A DNA stretch of 64,000 nucleotides from Octopus sinensis. Its lineage: Eukaryota. The notes under the pieces were generated by a model. It was not told the DNA's origin. It did no database searches and was given only the letters and a program-made list of their open reading frames with translations. Numbering within the stretch: the first letter of the stretch is position 1; every line of letters starts with the position of its first letter. Shown in pieces: positions 12,467-25,279 of this stretch. The position numbers and the translations under genes are program-made. The stretch lies in NCBI RefSeq assembly GCF_006345805.1, contig NC_043001.1, forward strand, positions 134,664,001 to 134,728,000, read 5' to 3'.

Positions 12467-13011
12467 GATCCTCACCCGGGAACAAAAAAAATCTGCCTGG
12501 TGGGGTGTTAACAAGTGTGTAGAAAACGAATATGAAAAAAAATGCGCGCTAACAGACCTGGGGGTTGGGAAGGGACTTTCGGAAAATTCACAAGATACGA
12601 TTTTTCCGTCATAACTTCGGGTAAAATGAATATATATTGATTTTTTTTTACGGAATCCCACATTTTTGGTTATAGAGGATCCGATTCTGAAAAAAAAAAT
12701 TCAAAGATCGCATTGTCAAAATTTCCTTTTGTTATTGCAGTTTTTTGAAATTTTGAAAATGCGATTTTTGAAAATTTTATTTTCAGAATCGGATCCCCCA
12801 TAACCAAAAACGTGGGATCCCGTAAAAAAAAAAATCAATATATATCCATTTTACTCGAAGTTATGATGGAAAAATCGGATCTTGTGAATTTTCCGAAAGT
12901 CCTCTCCTCACCCCCAGGGTCGTCAGTGCGCATTTTTTTTCATATTCGTTTTCCATACACTTGTTAACAACCCCCAGGCTGGTTATTATTTTTTTTCCCC
13001 AGGTGAAGGTC
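12467..13011. mobile_element. Fold-back element / long palindromic MITE (~545 bp)
   Basis: ~260 bp arms are imperfect reverse complements, with a ~20 nt loop near 12735. Confidence 0.8.
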
Positions 13012-13654
13012 TTTATATTGACCCTGATAGTTTGGTAACCTGCTAAAATAAACATTAAAAATCGAAAGGAGAAAATAAATAGCTTTGCAAGTTTAACTCA
13101 GTGTTTATTGAACAAGAGAGAGGTGGGAAATTTAAGGTGCGACTTGTAAGAATATACATGTCTGTGAGGAGACATAAACAAGAATAGCAAAAATCTACTA
13201 TACCAAAAGAACTGGTAATACATACATTACAAGTGTTCTATGAAGTGAACATAAGATTGCTGCACAATTCAACATGAATGTGAGACAACATTAAACATTG
13301 TATAAGGTAAAAGAAGGTTTCTGTGGGAACGCTAAGTCATATTCACTTAGTGAGTTTACATACATGAGGATGAATTGTGATGTTGCCATCGGCGTTAGAT
13401 GCAGTGAAAGCTGGTAGCGGTGATATCAACGGTGACAAATTTCATTGTCTTGTAACATGGAGAAAGCGAGCAATAGCTTCCTGATGTCAACGCAAGCTAG
13501 ACCCCGCAAGCAGAGAAAAACTAATCAATTTAAAGAAATTGTTGGGCTCCACAGAGATGTGAAAGGTTTTTCCGCCAAAAGAACACATGATCTATTTGAG
13601 GGCATCTAATTGGTTGACCAGGTAATTTGGCGTAATTGTTTAGGGGACAGTGGA

Positions 13655-13893
13655 AGCAAGTGACTTAGTGGTTAGGGTGTTGAACTCATGATCATAAGGT
13701 TGTGGTTTCAAATCCTGGACTGGGTGATGTGTTGTGTTCTTGAGCAAAACACTTCATTTCACGTTGCTCCAGTCCACTCAGTTGGTAAAAATGAGTAATC
13801 CTGCGACGGACCAGCGTCCCATCCAGACGGGGAATTTCTACGTCACTGAAACCAGGAAAATGGCCCTTATGAGCCTGGCATGGCTCAAGAAGG
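13655..13893 (+). mobile_element. tRNA-headed SINE (related copy at ~15175-15420)
   Basis: A box TGACTTAGTGG, B box GTTTCAAATCC, body TTGAGCAAAACACTTCATTTCACGTTGCTCCAGTCCACTCAG. Confidence 0.75.
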
Positions 13894-14557
13894 AACATTT
13901 ATTTTTTAGGGGACAAATTGCACCTAAAAACTAACCAATCAGAACAAACGGTTTAAACATAATCTTTATAGCTAAGTATTCTCTGTTACATCCAAACTAA
14001 AAACTATAAATGAAAGGGAGAGAGAATAGCTTGTCATTTCTGCTTTTGTCAATCCATTCTGCACTACAGACCATATGGACCCTGGTTGAAAACCACTGAT
14101 CTAGATGATAGGACATGGAGAACCTCTGTGCAGAGGTGAAACTATTACTTCTCAGCTAAAGTCTACCTCAGTTTGGTGTGTCTCAGCATTTAATTGTAAA
14201 TTCATTGAGCAGAGATGGTATATAGGCAAAAACAACAGCTATAAAAGTCATAAAATAAGAACTATGCAAACATCAGAACCATCCAAACATGTTAATCTTA
14301 TTCTCCAAGGAGTGACTGTGTGGTAAGTAGCTTGCTTACCAATCACATGGTTCCGGGTTCAGTCCCACTGCGTGACACCTCGGGCCAACCAAAGCCTTGT
14401 GAGTGGATTTCATAGACAGAAACTGAAAGAAGCCCATCGTATATATGTTTATATATATATCAATCAATATAAGGGTAACAAAAAATTCAAGAAAAATTTT
14501 CTGCCACCAGCGGTCAAGTGAGAAAATAGAAATAGTCACAGACTATATGATACATTC

Positions 14558-14804
14558 AACAAAATATTAAGGAATGACCCTGAGAAGGTCGTTCGACTCA
14601 CTTGAAAAGAGCAGCTAAAACTCAAAACCGCAAAAAATAGTAGTAATTCTGAAACTAGAGGAAAATAAAAATAAAAAAGGGGATAAATGTTTTTTATTTT
14701 CCTCTAGTTTCAGAATTACAACTATTTTTTGCGGTTTTGAGTTTTAGCTGCTCTTTTCAAGTGAGTCGAACGACCTTCTCAGGGTCATTCCTTAATATTT
14801 TGTT
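14558..14804. repeat. Near-perfect palindrome (114 bp arms, 19 nt spacer)
   Basis: 14558-14671 matches the reverse complement of 14691-14804 with one mismatch. Confidence 0.95.
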
Positions 14805-15699
14805 TATATATATATATATAATGGTCTAGACTGTGATTCCTTGCTCTGCTATTCAGATTCATTAATGATAAAAGAAAATTATATCAAAAGTGATGTAGAC
14901 GCAAACATAGGCTTATGGATAGAATTTACTATGAAACTACATAGCCTGTCTCACTGTGTGGTGCCATGGGCAAGTGTCTTCTACTGTAGCCTGACCAGTG
15001 CTTTATGAATGAAATTGGTTAACAAAAACTATATGGAGGCCTGGTCACTGTGATCTTTCTGTCACATCTTCACCATCTCTCTCTCTCCTTCTCTCTCTCC
15101 CCCTTCTCTCCCCCTATCTCCATCTGAGGTGGCCATATCTTTCTTCTAATGCCAAATCCCTAAATACTACACATGGAGTTGCATGGCTTGGTGGTGGTTG
15201 AGGTACTGGATTCTTGATTGTAAAATTGTGGTTTCGATTCCTGGACTGGGCAACACATTGTGTTCTTGAGCAAGACACTTCTTTTCACATTGCACCGGTC
15301 CACTCGGCTGGCAAGGATGAGTAGTCCGGCGACGGACTGGCTTTCTTTCTAGGAGGGGAATATATGCGCCATGAAACCGGGAAACCAGCCCTTATGAGTT
15401 AGTATGGCTTACAAAGGTCGCTATTACTCACCAGACACTGATCAGCCAAAGGCTATAGGAAACAACATTTGCCAGAGATACTGTGTAACAAAACCGGAAA
15501 CTACATACAGCTGTGTTTATCTGTCTAACAGTAAAAACGGGAAGCCTGTTGTAAGAATTCAAGTGTTTTAGGTGCGCAAGAAATAGGAAAAGCTAGGAAA
15601 TGTTTGCATTAGATAATGTAGCCCTAGATAACTTTGAAATAATTGCATGGTCATAGCTGGAATACTTTTGTTCATAGGAGTGTTTCAAAGTAAAAAAAA

Positions 15700-16010
15700 A
15701 ATATTCGAGCGAGATTGTTACTCGTGCTGCTGGACTGGCTCCTGTGCAGGTGGCACATAAAAAACACCTTTTGAGCACAGCCGTTGCCAGTACTGCCTGA
15801 CTGGCCCTCGTGCCAGTGGCATGTAAAAGCACCCACTGCACTCTCAGACAGAGTGGTTGGCGTTAGGAAGGGCACCCAGCTGTAGAAACCCTGCCAAATC
15901 AGATTGGAGTCTGGTGCAGCCATCTGGTCCGCCAGTCCTCAGTCAAATCGTCCAACCCATGCCAGCATGGAAAGCAGAGGTTAAACGATGATGATGATGA
16001 TGATGATGAT
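15700..16010 (+). mobile_element. RTE LINE 3' UTR/tail fragment
   Basis: AAAAGCACC...GGCGTTAGGAAGGGCA...CCAACCCATGCCAGCATGG...GTTAAACGATGATGATG. Other copies at ~22240-22460, 25965-26098, 38700-38960, 59460-59840 (+) and 43320-43680, 51020-51720, 53320-53990, 54360-54660 (-). Confidence 0.8.
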
Positions 16011-16467
16011 ATATATATGTATGCATGTGTGTTTGTGTGTCTATGTTTGTCCCCACCACCATTGCTTGACAACTGATGTTGGTGTGTTTACGTCCCCCGT
16101 AACTTAGCAGTTTGGCAAAAAAGTTTGATAGAACAAGTACTAGGCTTACAAAGAATAAGTCCTGGAGTCGATTTGTTTGACTAAAGGTGGTACTCCAGCG
16201 TGGCCACAGTCAAATGACTGAAATGAATAAAAGAACATTAATCTTATTCTCCATATTTTATCAAATTTTTCTAAACAAGAAATACACGAGAAAATAAAGT
16301 ACTGGAGATATACAACTCACTGATGTAATATTTTGTAGGAATTAAATTATTAAAGTCACCCAGAGATGGAGAGAGCAGAGATACAAATGACTTTTACTGG
16401 ATCTTCCCCAAAACTGGTGACATTGATGTGACTGATATCTAAGCCTGAGGGACAATGACACTTTTAA

Positions 16468-16686
16468 CCCTTTAGTATTTAAACCGGCCATATCTGGCCA
16501 AAATATTTAATCTGTTTTATGTTCAAACTAACCAGATCCAGGCTGTCACACCTACCCTACAATGTTATTCTACATTAAGTAATTACACCATCAAGATCTT
16601 GAAGATATGAGATAATGCATGATTAATTCAAATTAATGGGAATCAATAGGTATTATGTTTGATTGAATAATCAGAACACTAAAGAG
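16468..16686. mobile_element. piggyBac-like MITE
   Basis: TTAA|CCCTTTAGT...ACTAAAGAG|TTAA. Same family as 54693 and 57175. Confidence 0.8.
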
Positions 16687-17422
16687 TTAATGATTTCTGT
16701 AGGTCCTCCTTTCTGACTTGGCAAGATTAACATGGTGATGTCTAGTCTGAAGGTCAATATCATTGACCATAACCTCTGCTGGCTATTGAGATTGATGCAG
16801 CTGTTACCTAGCTGGATGGACAGTATGAGGACAATGTAGGTAAGGGACAATTATAATTGAGTAAATTCTGCCAAATGTACTCAAAGACCAGCAAAGATTT
16901 TTACTTGCCTGTGTGTATTTTGATATAAAACATATGGAGACATCTGCTAATATGTATTGATTATAGATAGAAAATAAAGAAAATCTTGAAAGTTAAAATT
17001 GTTGGATGTATATAATTTGAAGTAGACAATAGAAAATAGCAATGTTTAAGCTGTGACACAGAACTTTCCTGTTTTGTGATCGAAGAAAATATAAACAGGC
17101 TGTAAAAAAAGATTTAAATTTAAAGAAAAAAGAGTAAAAATAATGGAACAAAAATAAAATAAATTTTAGAAAAATATAATAATAAAGTTGAAAATGTAAA
17201 AGGAAAGATACACACACACACACACACATTCATATATACACACACATATACAAACACATATATATCTGTATATTTGTATATATCATCATCGTTGTCGCTT
17301 AAAGCAGATGTTAAACGACGATGATGATGATATATACAAATATACAGATATACATACATACACACACACACATATATATATATATTATTCTTAAAAAAGA
17401 ATATTATATATACATACATACA

Positions 17423-17462
<40 letters not shown>

Positions 17463-17950
17463 TAAATATATTTATTTATTTATTTATTCATTTTTCTTAA
17501 ACAAGAATATTATTGACCAGCTAAGCTAAAATATGTATATGCTTATATATCTACTACATATGTGGAAAATGTGTGTGTTTGTCTGTGGCGTTGTTAGCTA
17601 ACTCCTCCTACATCGTTTTATTGATTTTGATGAAACTTGACACATGAGCAGAACTCATGTCTGGAAACCTCGTGACATACTTGGATTGTTGAAAAAATCG
17701 ATAATATCGCCCCCGGAAGGGACCTTTATATCAATCTCATATAACTATTTTTTAAACACTCAAGGGAAATAACCCATAGCACCTGTACAATACTGAAAGA
17801 GAAAGAAAAAATTACAATGATATAGAGATGTGTGGATGCAAAATTTATTTAAAATAAAAACCAGGGACTATTTCATATATATTATACTGGCTATTTATAA
17901 TGCAAGGCTATATCAACATGCATGAAATATTAGGTGTGTTGTTTTATGTC

Positions 17951-18657
17951 TAATGATAAATACCAGCTCCAACCTTGAGTCTTAGTGAATATAGTTCTTC
18001 TTTCTTTGCTGCAGAGCTGGCCAAATAGAAAAAGGTTCAAAACCATCTTAATTATATTCAATTAATCAACCAAGGTGCCATGCACTAGTGTGGGTGCCAC
18101 ATAGAAAGCAGTAGTGCTGATGCTATGTAAAAAGCACTGGTAATAGTTCCTCATAAAATGTACCTAGTATACTCTGTAAAGTGGTTGCAAGCATTAGGAG
18201 GGCATCCAACTGTAGAAACCAAGCCAAAACAGACTATGGAACCTGGTGAAGCCCCTGGCCTTGCCAGTTCATGTCAAGCTGTCCAACCCATTGATGCTAT
18301 CATCATCATCATCATCATCATAATTTAACATCTGTTTTACATGCTGGCATGGGTTGGACAGCTTGACACGAACTGGCAAACACAAGGGTCACACCTGGTT
18401 CCATAGTCTGTTTTGGCTTTGTTTCTAGAGTATACTAGGTACATTTTATGAGGAACTATTACCAGTGCTTTTTACATAGCATCAGCACTACTGCTTTCTA
18501 TGTGGCACCGGCACCCACACTAGTGCATGGCACCTTGGTTGATTAATTGAATATAATTAAGATGGTTTTGAACATTTTTCTATTTGGCCAACTCTGCAGC
18601 AAAGAAAGAAGAACTATATTCACTAAGACTCAAGGTTGAAGCTGGTATTTATCATTA
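17951..18657. repeat. Inverted duplication centred on an RTE tail
   Basis: 17951-18175 matches the reverse complement of 18427-18657 with about 3 substitutions and one 6 bp indel. The inner RTE-tail pieces are also inverted around (CAT)n. Confidence 0.9.
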
Positions 18658-19090
18658 ATAGAACCAAGGATCTAGAACTAACTGTTGACTCTTAAAAGAA
18701 TCTTAGAGCTCTTTGAAACATTTATGTACATACCTATTCACATACATAGCCAGTAGATGGTTTGATAGTTTCAAAGAGACTCCACTGCAACTTCATGCAT
18801 CTATAACTGTTATCTAACTGTTAAAATCATGGCTATACTTATGTTATTAGTGTCTTCATATTTTTGCTGAAAATCTTTCATTTTTGCCTGGTGTAGCCTG
18901 AGGTAAAATTTTCAAGATTCCTGAGGTAAATTTAAGAATTCTAGTGAGGAAATTATTTTTAGACTATCATTATTTGCCCTAATTTTGCTAGATCTATTTT
19001 CTTTTCCAAGACTAATTAAAGATGTAAGTTATATATAACAAATTATGGTATATACAAAAATACTTTACCCCCCCCCCCTTATTCTATATA

Positions 19091-19972
19091 AAGGGTGTTT
19101 GGGCTAAATTTGATTATTAAGTCTCCTCTTTTTTTTTCAGGAACAGCCTGAACAGTCAATGGTGTTGGAGTGCATAAAGATTAAAGTTGTATTTGAGAAA
19201 AAGTTAACTGACACGGAGGACTAGAACCCATCTGAATATTGGGAAAAAGTTGATTGTTTCATGATGATTTGCTCTGGTTATCAAAATACTAATGTCTTGA
19301 CTGATGCTCAATGCTCTGTGAATGCTGTAAAGGTTGTAAGACATGACATAGACAGCTGCAATGGAGACCAAAAAGCCATGGCCATCAGAAAGGGACATGA
19401 CAAGCATTCTGACTGCATCCACATATTAAAATTTATCTCCACATCCTTGAACAGAGCCTTAGGCTCAATTCAGATGGCTATGTGAAACTGCCTGAGACTG
19501 TGGTCAAACCTGGCTTGAAAAGTCTGCTGCTGGAAAGCCATATATGTGGCAGCAGGATTCAGCTCTTTGCCATACCTCAGGAAAGAGTCAGAAGTAGTTG
19601 TCAGAAAATTTCTATGACTTCACCAGCCCCAATGTCTGGCCTCCTAATTCCCCTGATTTGGATTATTATGTGTGGTACACAGTTAAAAAAGACACCAACC
19701 ACTCTGTCTATAGCACCAAGGCCAAGTAGGTTGCCAAGTTCAAAGAGGTGTTTGAAGATTTTCCCAGGCACACTGAGGAATGCATGCCCCAGGTTTTGGA
19801 GCCATCTTGAGGTCATGGCAGAAGCTCAAGGTGGCTACTTTGAGTAAACTGTTATCTTCCAGCTATGATCTAGTTAATATTTTTTTATTTTTTTAAATAC
19901 TATTAGTTTTAGATGGAATATTGTGTTTTTTTCTCCTCTTATGCAAATTGTCAGATTCAGACCAAACACCCT
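19091..19972 (+). mobile_element. Defective Tc1/mariner (maT-like) DNA transposon
   Basis: TIR-like AGGGTGTTTGG / CCAAACACCCTG. Frameshifted transposase remnant ...PYMWQQDSALCHTSG...VWPPNSPDL.DYYVW. Confidence 0.8.
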
Positions 19973-20120
19973 GTTGGTGCAGGCATGGCTATATGGTTAT
20001 GAAATTTGGTTCCCAAATACATGGTTTTGGTTTTAGTGGGCAAGTGTCTTCTACTAAAGCTCTGTGAGTGGATTTGGTAGGTGAAAACTGAAAGAAGTTT
20101 GTGATATCTAAATATATATA

Positions 20121-20335
20121 TGAGGCTGTACTGGAAAGTTCTTGGCTTAAGGATATTACAAAAGGCTTGGCTGTAGGCCCAACCATCTGAATTCTTTCAA
20201 AGACCTTAGAAAAACTGAAAGATTGTTGCAATAAGTATGTGAATCAGAGGGGAATACGTTGAATGAAATCACAATTAACTGATCCTCCTGTATTTTCTGT
20301 TACCCAAAGCCAGGAACTTTTCAGTACCCACTCCA
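20121..20335. mobile_element. mariner-derived MITE
   Basis: TIR TGAGGCTGTACTGGAAAGTTCTTGGCTT versus AAAGCCAGGAACTTTTCAGTACCCACTCCA; TA-flanked. Confidence 0.65.
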
Positions 20336-21077
20336 TATATCTCAGATAGTCACCTATGTATCATACTTTATGTATACACACTGTTGATAGATCGGTTACT
20401 GTAGTATTTCTCCTGAGATAACATCTGTTATAGACTTGGACTTGCTGTGTTAAAAGCACAATAAATATTAGAGAGAGCGAGAAAGAGTGAGAGAAACAAA
20501 AATTCATCCCAGCTGTGGCTAGTAAGAGCCCCAGATGCATTTCAGCCTTTTTGGATGCTTTTTCAAAAGCTCATATTTTTGCAGCCAGCCACTTGCTTTG
20601 GTGAGTATTCGTTGTCTCTGATATGGAAAGAAGTGAATAATCAATTCACTGATGACGTGGAAGCTTACGTACAAGTGAGTACATGTGTGTGTATGCATGT
20701 GTGTATGTGTGTGTGTGTTTCTGCCTTGACATCACGCAATAGTTGTAAATGAGTGTCACCATTGCAAGTGATGCTGTTTGTTTCCAGTTTTCTATGGAAC
20801 CAAGTTTTGGGCTAAGGGAGGTGGTGGGGGTAAAAACAGGTGATCACTGGTGACAGAAAAGGCATCTGGTCGTAGAAAATCTGCTTGAACAAACTCCATC
20901 TGATTCATGCAGGCATAGAAAAGTGGATGTGAAAATGATGATAATGATATATGTAGAGAAATCATAAATGACTCACTATTAAAGGAGGGCAGGACAAGTG
21001 TCTTCAGCTATAGCTTCAGGCTGACGAAAGCCTAGTGAGTGGATTTGCTAGACAGAAACTGAAAGAAGCTTGATGTA

Positions 21078-21360
<283 letters not shown>

Positions 21361-21379
21361 TGTGCATTGTATATTTTGC

Positions 21380-22206
21380 ACAGGCACATTGTTTTTGATT
21401 TTGTTGACTACACAGTATGTTAGGGTCAGTTGGGCACCGTCTGTGAGAAAAACAGAACCATGATGCAATTCACTCTGCCTGAAATTTGGAAATGATATGA
21501 TGTACTGCTTAGCATTCACACTGGAAGCTCCAATATGAACATTTCGGTGTGTTTGGATGTCAATCAGAGGACAATGTAATCTGAGAACATGTACTAAGAA
21601 TAATAAAAATCTAACATCCAGTCAACATCATGGTGTTTGGAGTGATCACTAGTGATAGTGACATTATGCCTCCATTCATCTTCCCACATAGCCTCAGACT
21701 CAACATCAAGTGCCTGGAGGAGGTAGTGCTGCCTTGGGTCAAGAGGGTGGCTGCTGGAAGACCTTATGTCTGGCAACAGGACTCTGCACCATGCCACACA
21801 AGCAAGATAACCCAGTCATGGCTGTCAGACAATTTTTGCAACCACATCACTCCTTACATCTGATCATCTAACTCCCCAGACTGCAACCCCTTTAATTATT
21901 ATGTGTGGGGTGCAGTTGAGTGAGAGATGAACAAAACTCCTTGTAACACCAAAGATGAACTGAAAGCAAGGATTATGGCAGCATTCACCAACTTAAACAA
22001 GCAGACCGTCCAGAAGTGTTGCAGGAGATTCTGAAGTCATCTGGGGGGCCATGGTTGAAGCCAATGGCAATTTTATTGAATAAATTTATTCTTTAATATT
22101 TCAAGATATTTTTATGTAATTTAGGTAAATATATCTGTTAAAATGAGATGTCAGTGTCATTTTCATTTTTGCATAATTTAGACGACAGTTTATTCACCAC
22201 ACCCTG
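21380..22206 (+). mobile_element. Internally deleted DD37D (maT) transposon
   Basis: VFGVITSD...PYVWQQDSAPCHTSKITQSWLSDNFCNHITPYI*SSNSPDCNPFN(=D)YYVWG: 37 residues between the 2nd and 3rd catalytic positions. Right end CACCACACCCTG|TA. Confidence 0.85.
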
Positions 22207-22969
22207 TATATATATTTATAAGTATATATATATATATAAAAGTACCCGTTTGGTGTTACATAAAGGCACCCTGCATAATCTATAAAGTGGTTGGTGTTAG
22301 GAAGGGCATCCAGATGTAGAAACTATGCCAAATCAGACTGGAATTTGGTGCAGCTTGCTAGCCCTGGTCAAGCCATCCAACCCATGCCAGAATGGACAAC
22401 GGATGTTAAATCATGATGATGATGATGATGGTGATGATGATAATGATGATGATGGTGATGATGTTATATGTGTATTCTCTGTGTCGCTTCTTCCGCCACT
22501 GCTTGACAATGGGTATTGGTTTGTTTATGTCCCCATAACTTCGCGGTTCAGTAAAAGAGACCAGTATAATAAGTACCAGGTTTAAAAGAAGAAGTACTTG
22601 GGGGTGGGGGGTCGTTTGTTTGACTAAAACCTCTACAAGTTAGCGCCCCATCATGGCTGCAGTATAATGACTGAAACAAGTAAAAGATACTGAGATACAA
22701 CCCAAATGAATAAAGAAGAAGTGTCCAAGTGACATGGTGAGGAAGACATAAAGTGATATTATATATTCTAGTAGTTATAAATCTGCCTTGTAAAAGAAAA
22801 CGTTTTTTATGACTCTTGAGACAACCAGTGCCATTGTTGACATCACTGTCGTAGCTGTCACTATTGGTAACTCTATCATTGAACTAACTCTATTAATCAT
22901 AACCCCCAACCATGGTAACAACAAGTACTGCTGCTGCTACTGCTACTACTACTACTACTGCTGCTGCTG

Positions 22970-23002
<33 letters not shown>

Positions 23003-23020
23003 TACTACTACTACTTTAAA

Positions 23021-23339
23021 GACTCCGCCGGTTACGACGACGAGGGTCCCAGCTGATACGATCAACGGAACAGCTTGCTCGTGAAATTAACGTGCAAATG
23101 GCTGAGCATTCCACAGACACGTGTACCCTTAACGTAGTTCTCGGGGATAATCAGCGTGACACAGAGAGTGACAAGGCTGACCCTTTGAAATACAAGTACA
23201 ACTCATTTTTGCCAGCTGAGTGGACTGGAGCAACGTGAAATAAAGTGTCTTGCTCAAGGACACAACGCGTCGCCGGGAATCGAACTCACAACCTTACGTT
23301 CATGAGCCGAATGCCCTAACCACTAAGCCACGCGCCCTC
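23021..23339 (-). mobile_element. tRNA-headed SINE, family D
   Basis: Reverse complement head GGCGCGTGGCTTAGTGGTTAGGGC...GTTCGATTCC. Shares the GAGAACTACGTTAAGGGTACACG tail with family C. Degraded copy at ~47062-47314. Confidence 0.85.
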
Positions 23340-23340
23340 A

Positions 23341-23382
<42 letters not shown>

Positions 23383-23408
23383 CACCACTACTACTACTGC
23401 CGCTGCAA

Positions 23409-23468
<60 letters not shown>

Positions 23469-23781
23469 CTGCTGCTGTTGCTGCTGCTGCTGTTGCTGCT
23501 GGTACTACTACTGCTGTTACTGCCACCACTACTGCTGCTGTTACTGCTACCACTGGTGCTGCTGTTGTTGCTATGCCACTTCTACTATTTCTCATTCCGC
23601 TACCACCACCTCTGCTTTTATAATCACAACGATTGCTATGGTTACTACAACTGCTACAGCTGCTGCTGCTGTTGTTGTTGCTATGCTGCTTCTACTACTT
23701 CTAATACCATTACCACCACCTCTGCTTTAATAATCACAACCACTGCTAATGCTACTACCGCTGCAACTACTACTACTACTG

Positions 23782-23843
<62 letters not shown>

Positions 23844-23883
23844 ACTACCACTACTACTACTACTACAACTGCTGCTGCTGCTG

Positions 23884-23934
<51 letters not shown>

Positions 23935-24125
23935 GCTCATTCACAAACACTGCCATAGTAATTACAAGTACTTCCATACTACAGGGCACCTGTAGCTCTA
24001 TCCCTGTTACCATTAATATTACAGCCCCTACCACCTACACCTCCACTATCATCACCAACCACTACCGCCACTGTTATCATTAACACTGTCACCACCTTCC
24101 TCTTACCACCACAACCACCTCTACT
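23340..24125. repeat. Very long compound (CTA)/(CTG)/(CCA) microsatellite (also 22925-23015)
   Basis: Direct observation. Source of the 277-aa poly-Leu/Thr ORF. Confidence 0.95.
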
Positions 24126-24261
24126 ACTAAAATCATCATCGGATCCTAAATGGTATGCCCAGGTAACAAGACTCCAGGAGCCTTATAAAGACCATTCTTT
24201 AAGGAGCTGAGGAAGAAGGAAAAGAAGGATGTGGGTTGACAGCATTGAAGATGGAGGTGGA

Positions 24262-24642
24262 TGGAAGCACTCCGTCGGTTCCGACGATGAGGGTTCCGGT
24301 TGATCCGAATCAACGGAACAGCCTGCTCGTGGAAATTAACGTGTAAGTGGCTGAGCACTCCACTGACACGTGCACCCTTAACGTAGTTCTCGGGGATATT
24401 CAGCGTGACACAGAGAGTGACAAGGCCGGCCCCTTGAAATACAGGTACAACAGAAATAGGAAGTAAGAGTGAGAGAAAGTTGTGGTGAAAGAGTACAGCA
24501 GGGATCACCACCCCCTGCCGGAGCCTCGTGGAGCTTTTAGGTGTTTTTGCTCAATAAACACTCACAACGCCCAGTCTGGGAATCGAAACTGCGATCCTAT
24601 GACCGCGAGTCCGCTGCCCTAACCACTCGGCCATTGCGCCTC
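24262..24642 (-). mobile_element. tRNA-headed SINE, family C, with 12 bp flanking direct repeat
   Basis: Head GGCGCAATGGCCGAGTGGTTAGGGC...GTTTCGATTCC. GAAGATGGAGGT at 24247-24258 and 24649-24660. 5'-truncated copy at 59863-60163. Confidence 0.85.
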
Positions 24643-25279
24643 CATGAAGAAGATGGAGGTACAACAGCAAAGAATGGTCAGGTGTATTGCTTGTAGAAAC
24701 CTGATTTGTGGCACACTACTATGTCAGATGGAGGAAAGTGAGGTACAGTATATCCCAATGGTGTTTCCCTATGGTTCCATGGACAATGATCCAGAGCACA
24801 CCAGGCCATTTCTGTCTTCAAGAAAATGACAAGAACATATACAGTAATAGGCATGGCTGTGCCGCTAAGATGTTTGCTTCACAATTATGTGGTTTTGGGT
24901 TCAGTCCCATTACACAGCACCTTGGGCATGTTTTTAACTATAATCTCAGGTTTACAAAAGCCTTGTGAATGGATTTAGTTGATGAAAACTGAAAGATTCC
25001 TGGCATCAGATGTAGTGAGCAAGAGAGAAGACTGTGCTGGTACAGTCATGTAATGCATATAGATGAGGGAACGTGTAGAAGGGGTAGGCCAAGAAAAATG
25101 TGGGACAAAGTGGTGAGAAAGGATTTTCGGATGTGGGCCTTACAGAAGGGATGACAAGGGACCAAGACCTCTGGTAGTTTGCTCTGCTTGAGAAGACATA
25201 TCAAGCTAAGTAAAATGAGGTTGCCCTTGTACACAGGCTTGTCCCCTACATCCCCTACATAATAAATGTAATCTACAAC

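Noticed and set aside
14578-14620. CTGAGA...GAAA hammerhead-variant-like motif (similar hints at 29193, 34324, 60405)
   Set aside because: Stem III/NUH and stem I could not be formed.
16702-16830. AG...GTAAGG-bounded segment
   Set aside because: Stops in all three frames and no other support.
17548-17900. Possible third Helitron (A|TCTACTACATATG...TGTTTGTCTGT start)
   Set aside because: No 3' hairpin or CTAG end found; too weak to call.
20625-20680. CTGATGA followed by a small hairpin (second hammerhead?)
   Set aside because: No GAAA after stem II and no stem I/III partner.
23250-24083. 277-aa and other homopolymer-rich ORFs (also 4644-4900, 21016-21519, 27278-27616, 52689-53307, 63294-63853)
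   Set aside because: Translations of tri- and dinucleotide microsatellites with no domain content.
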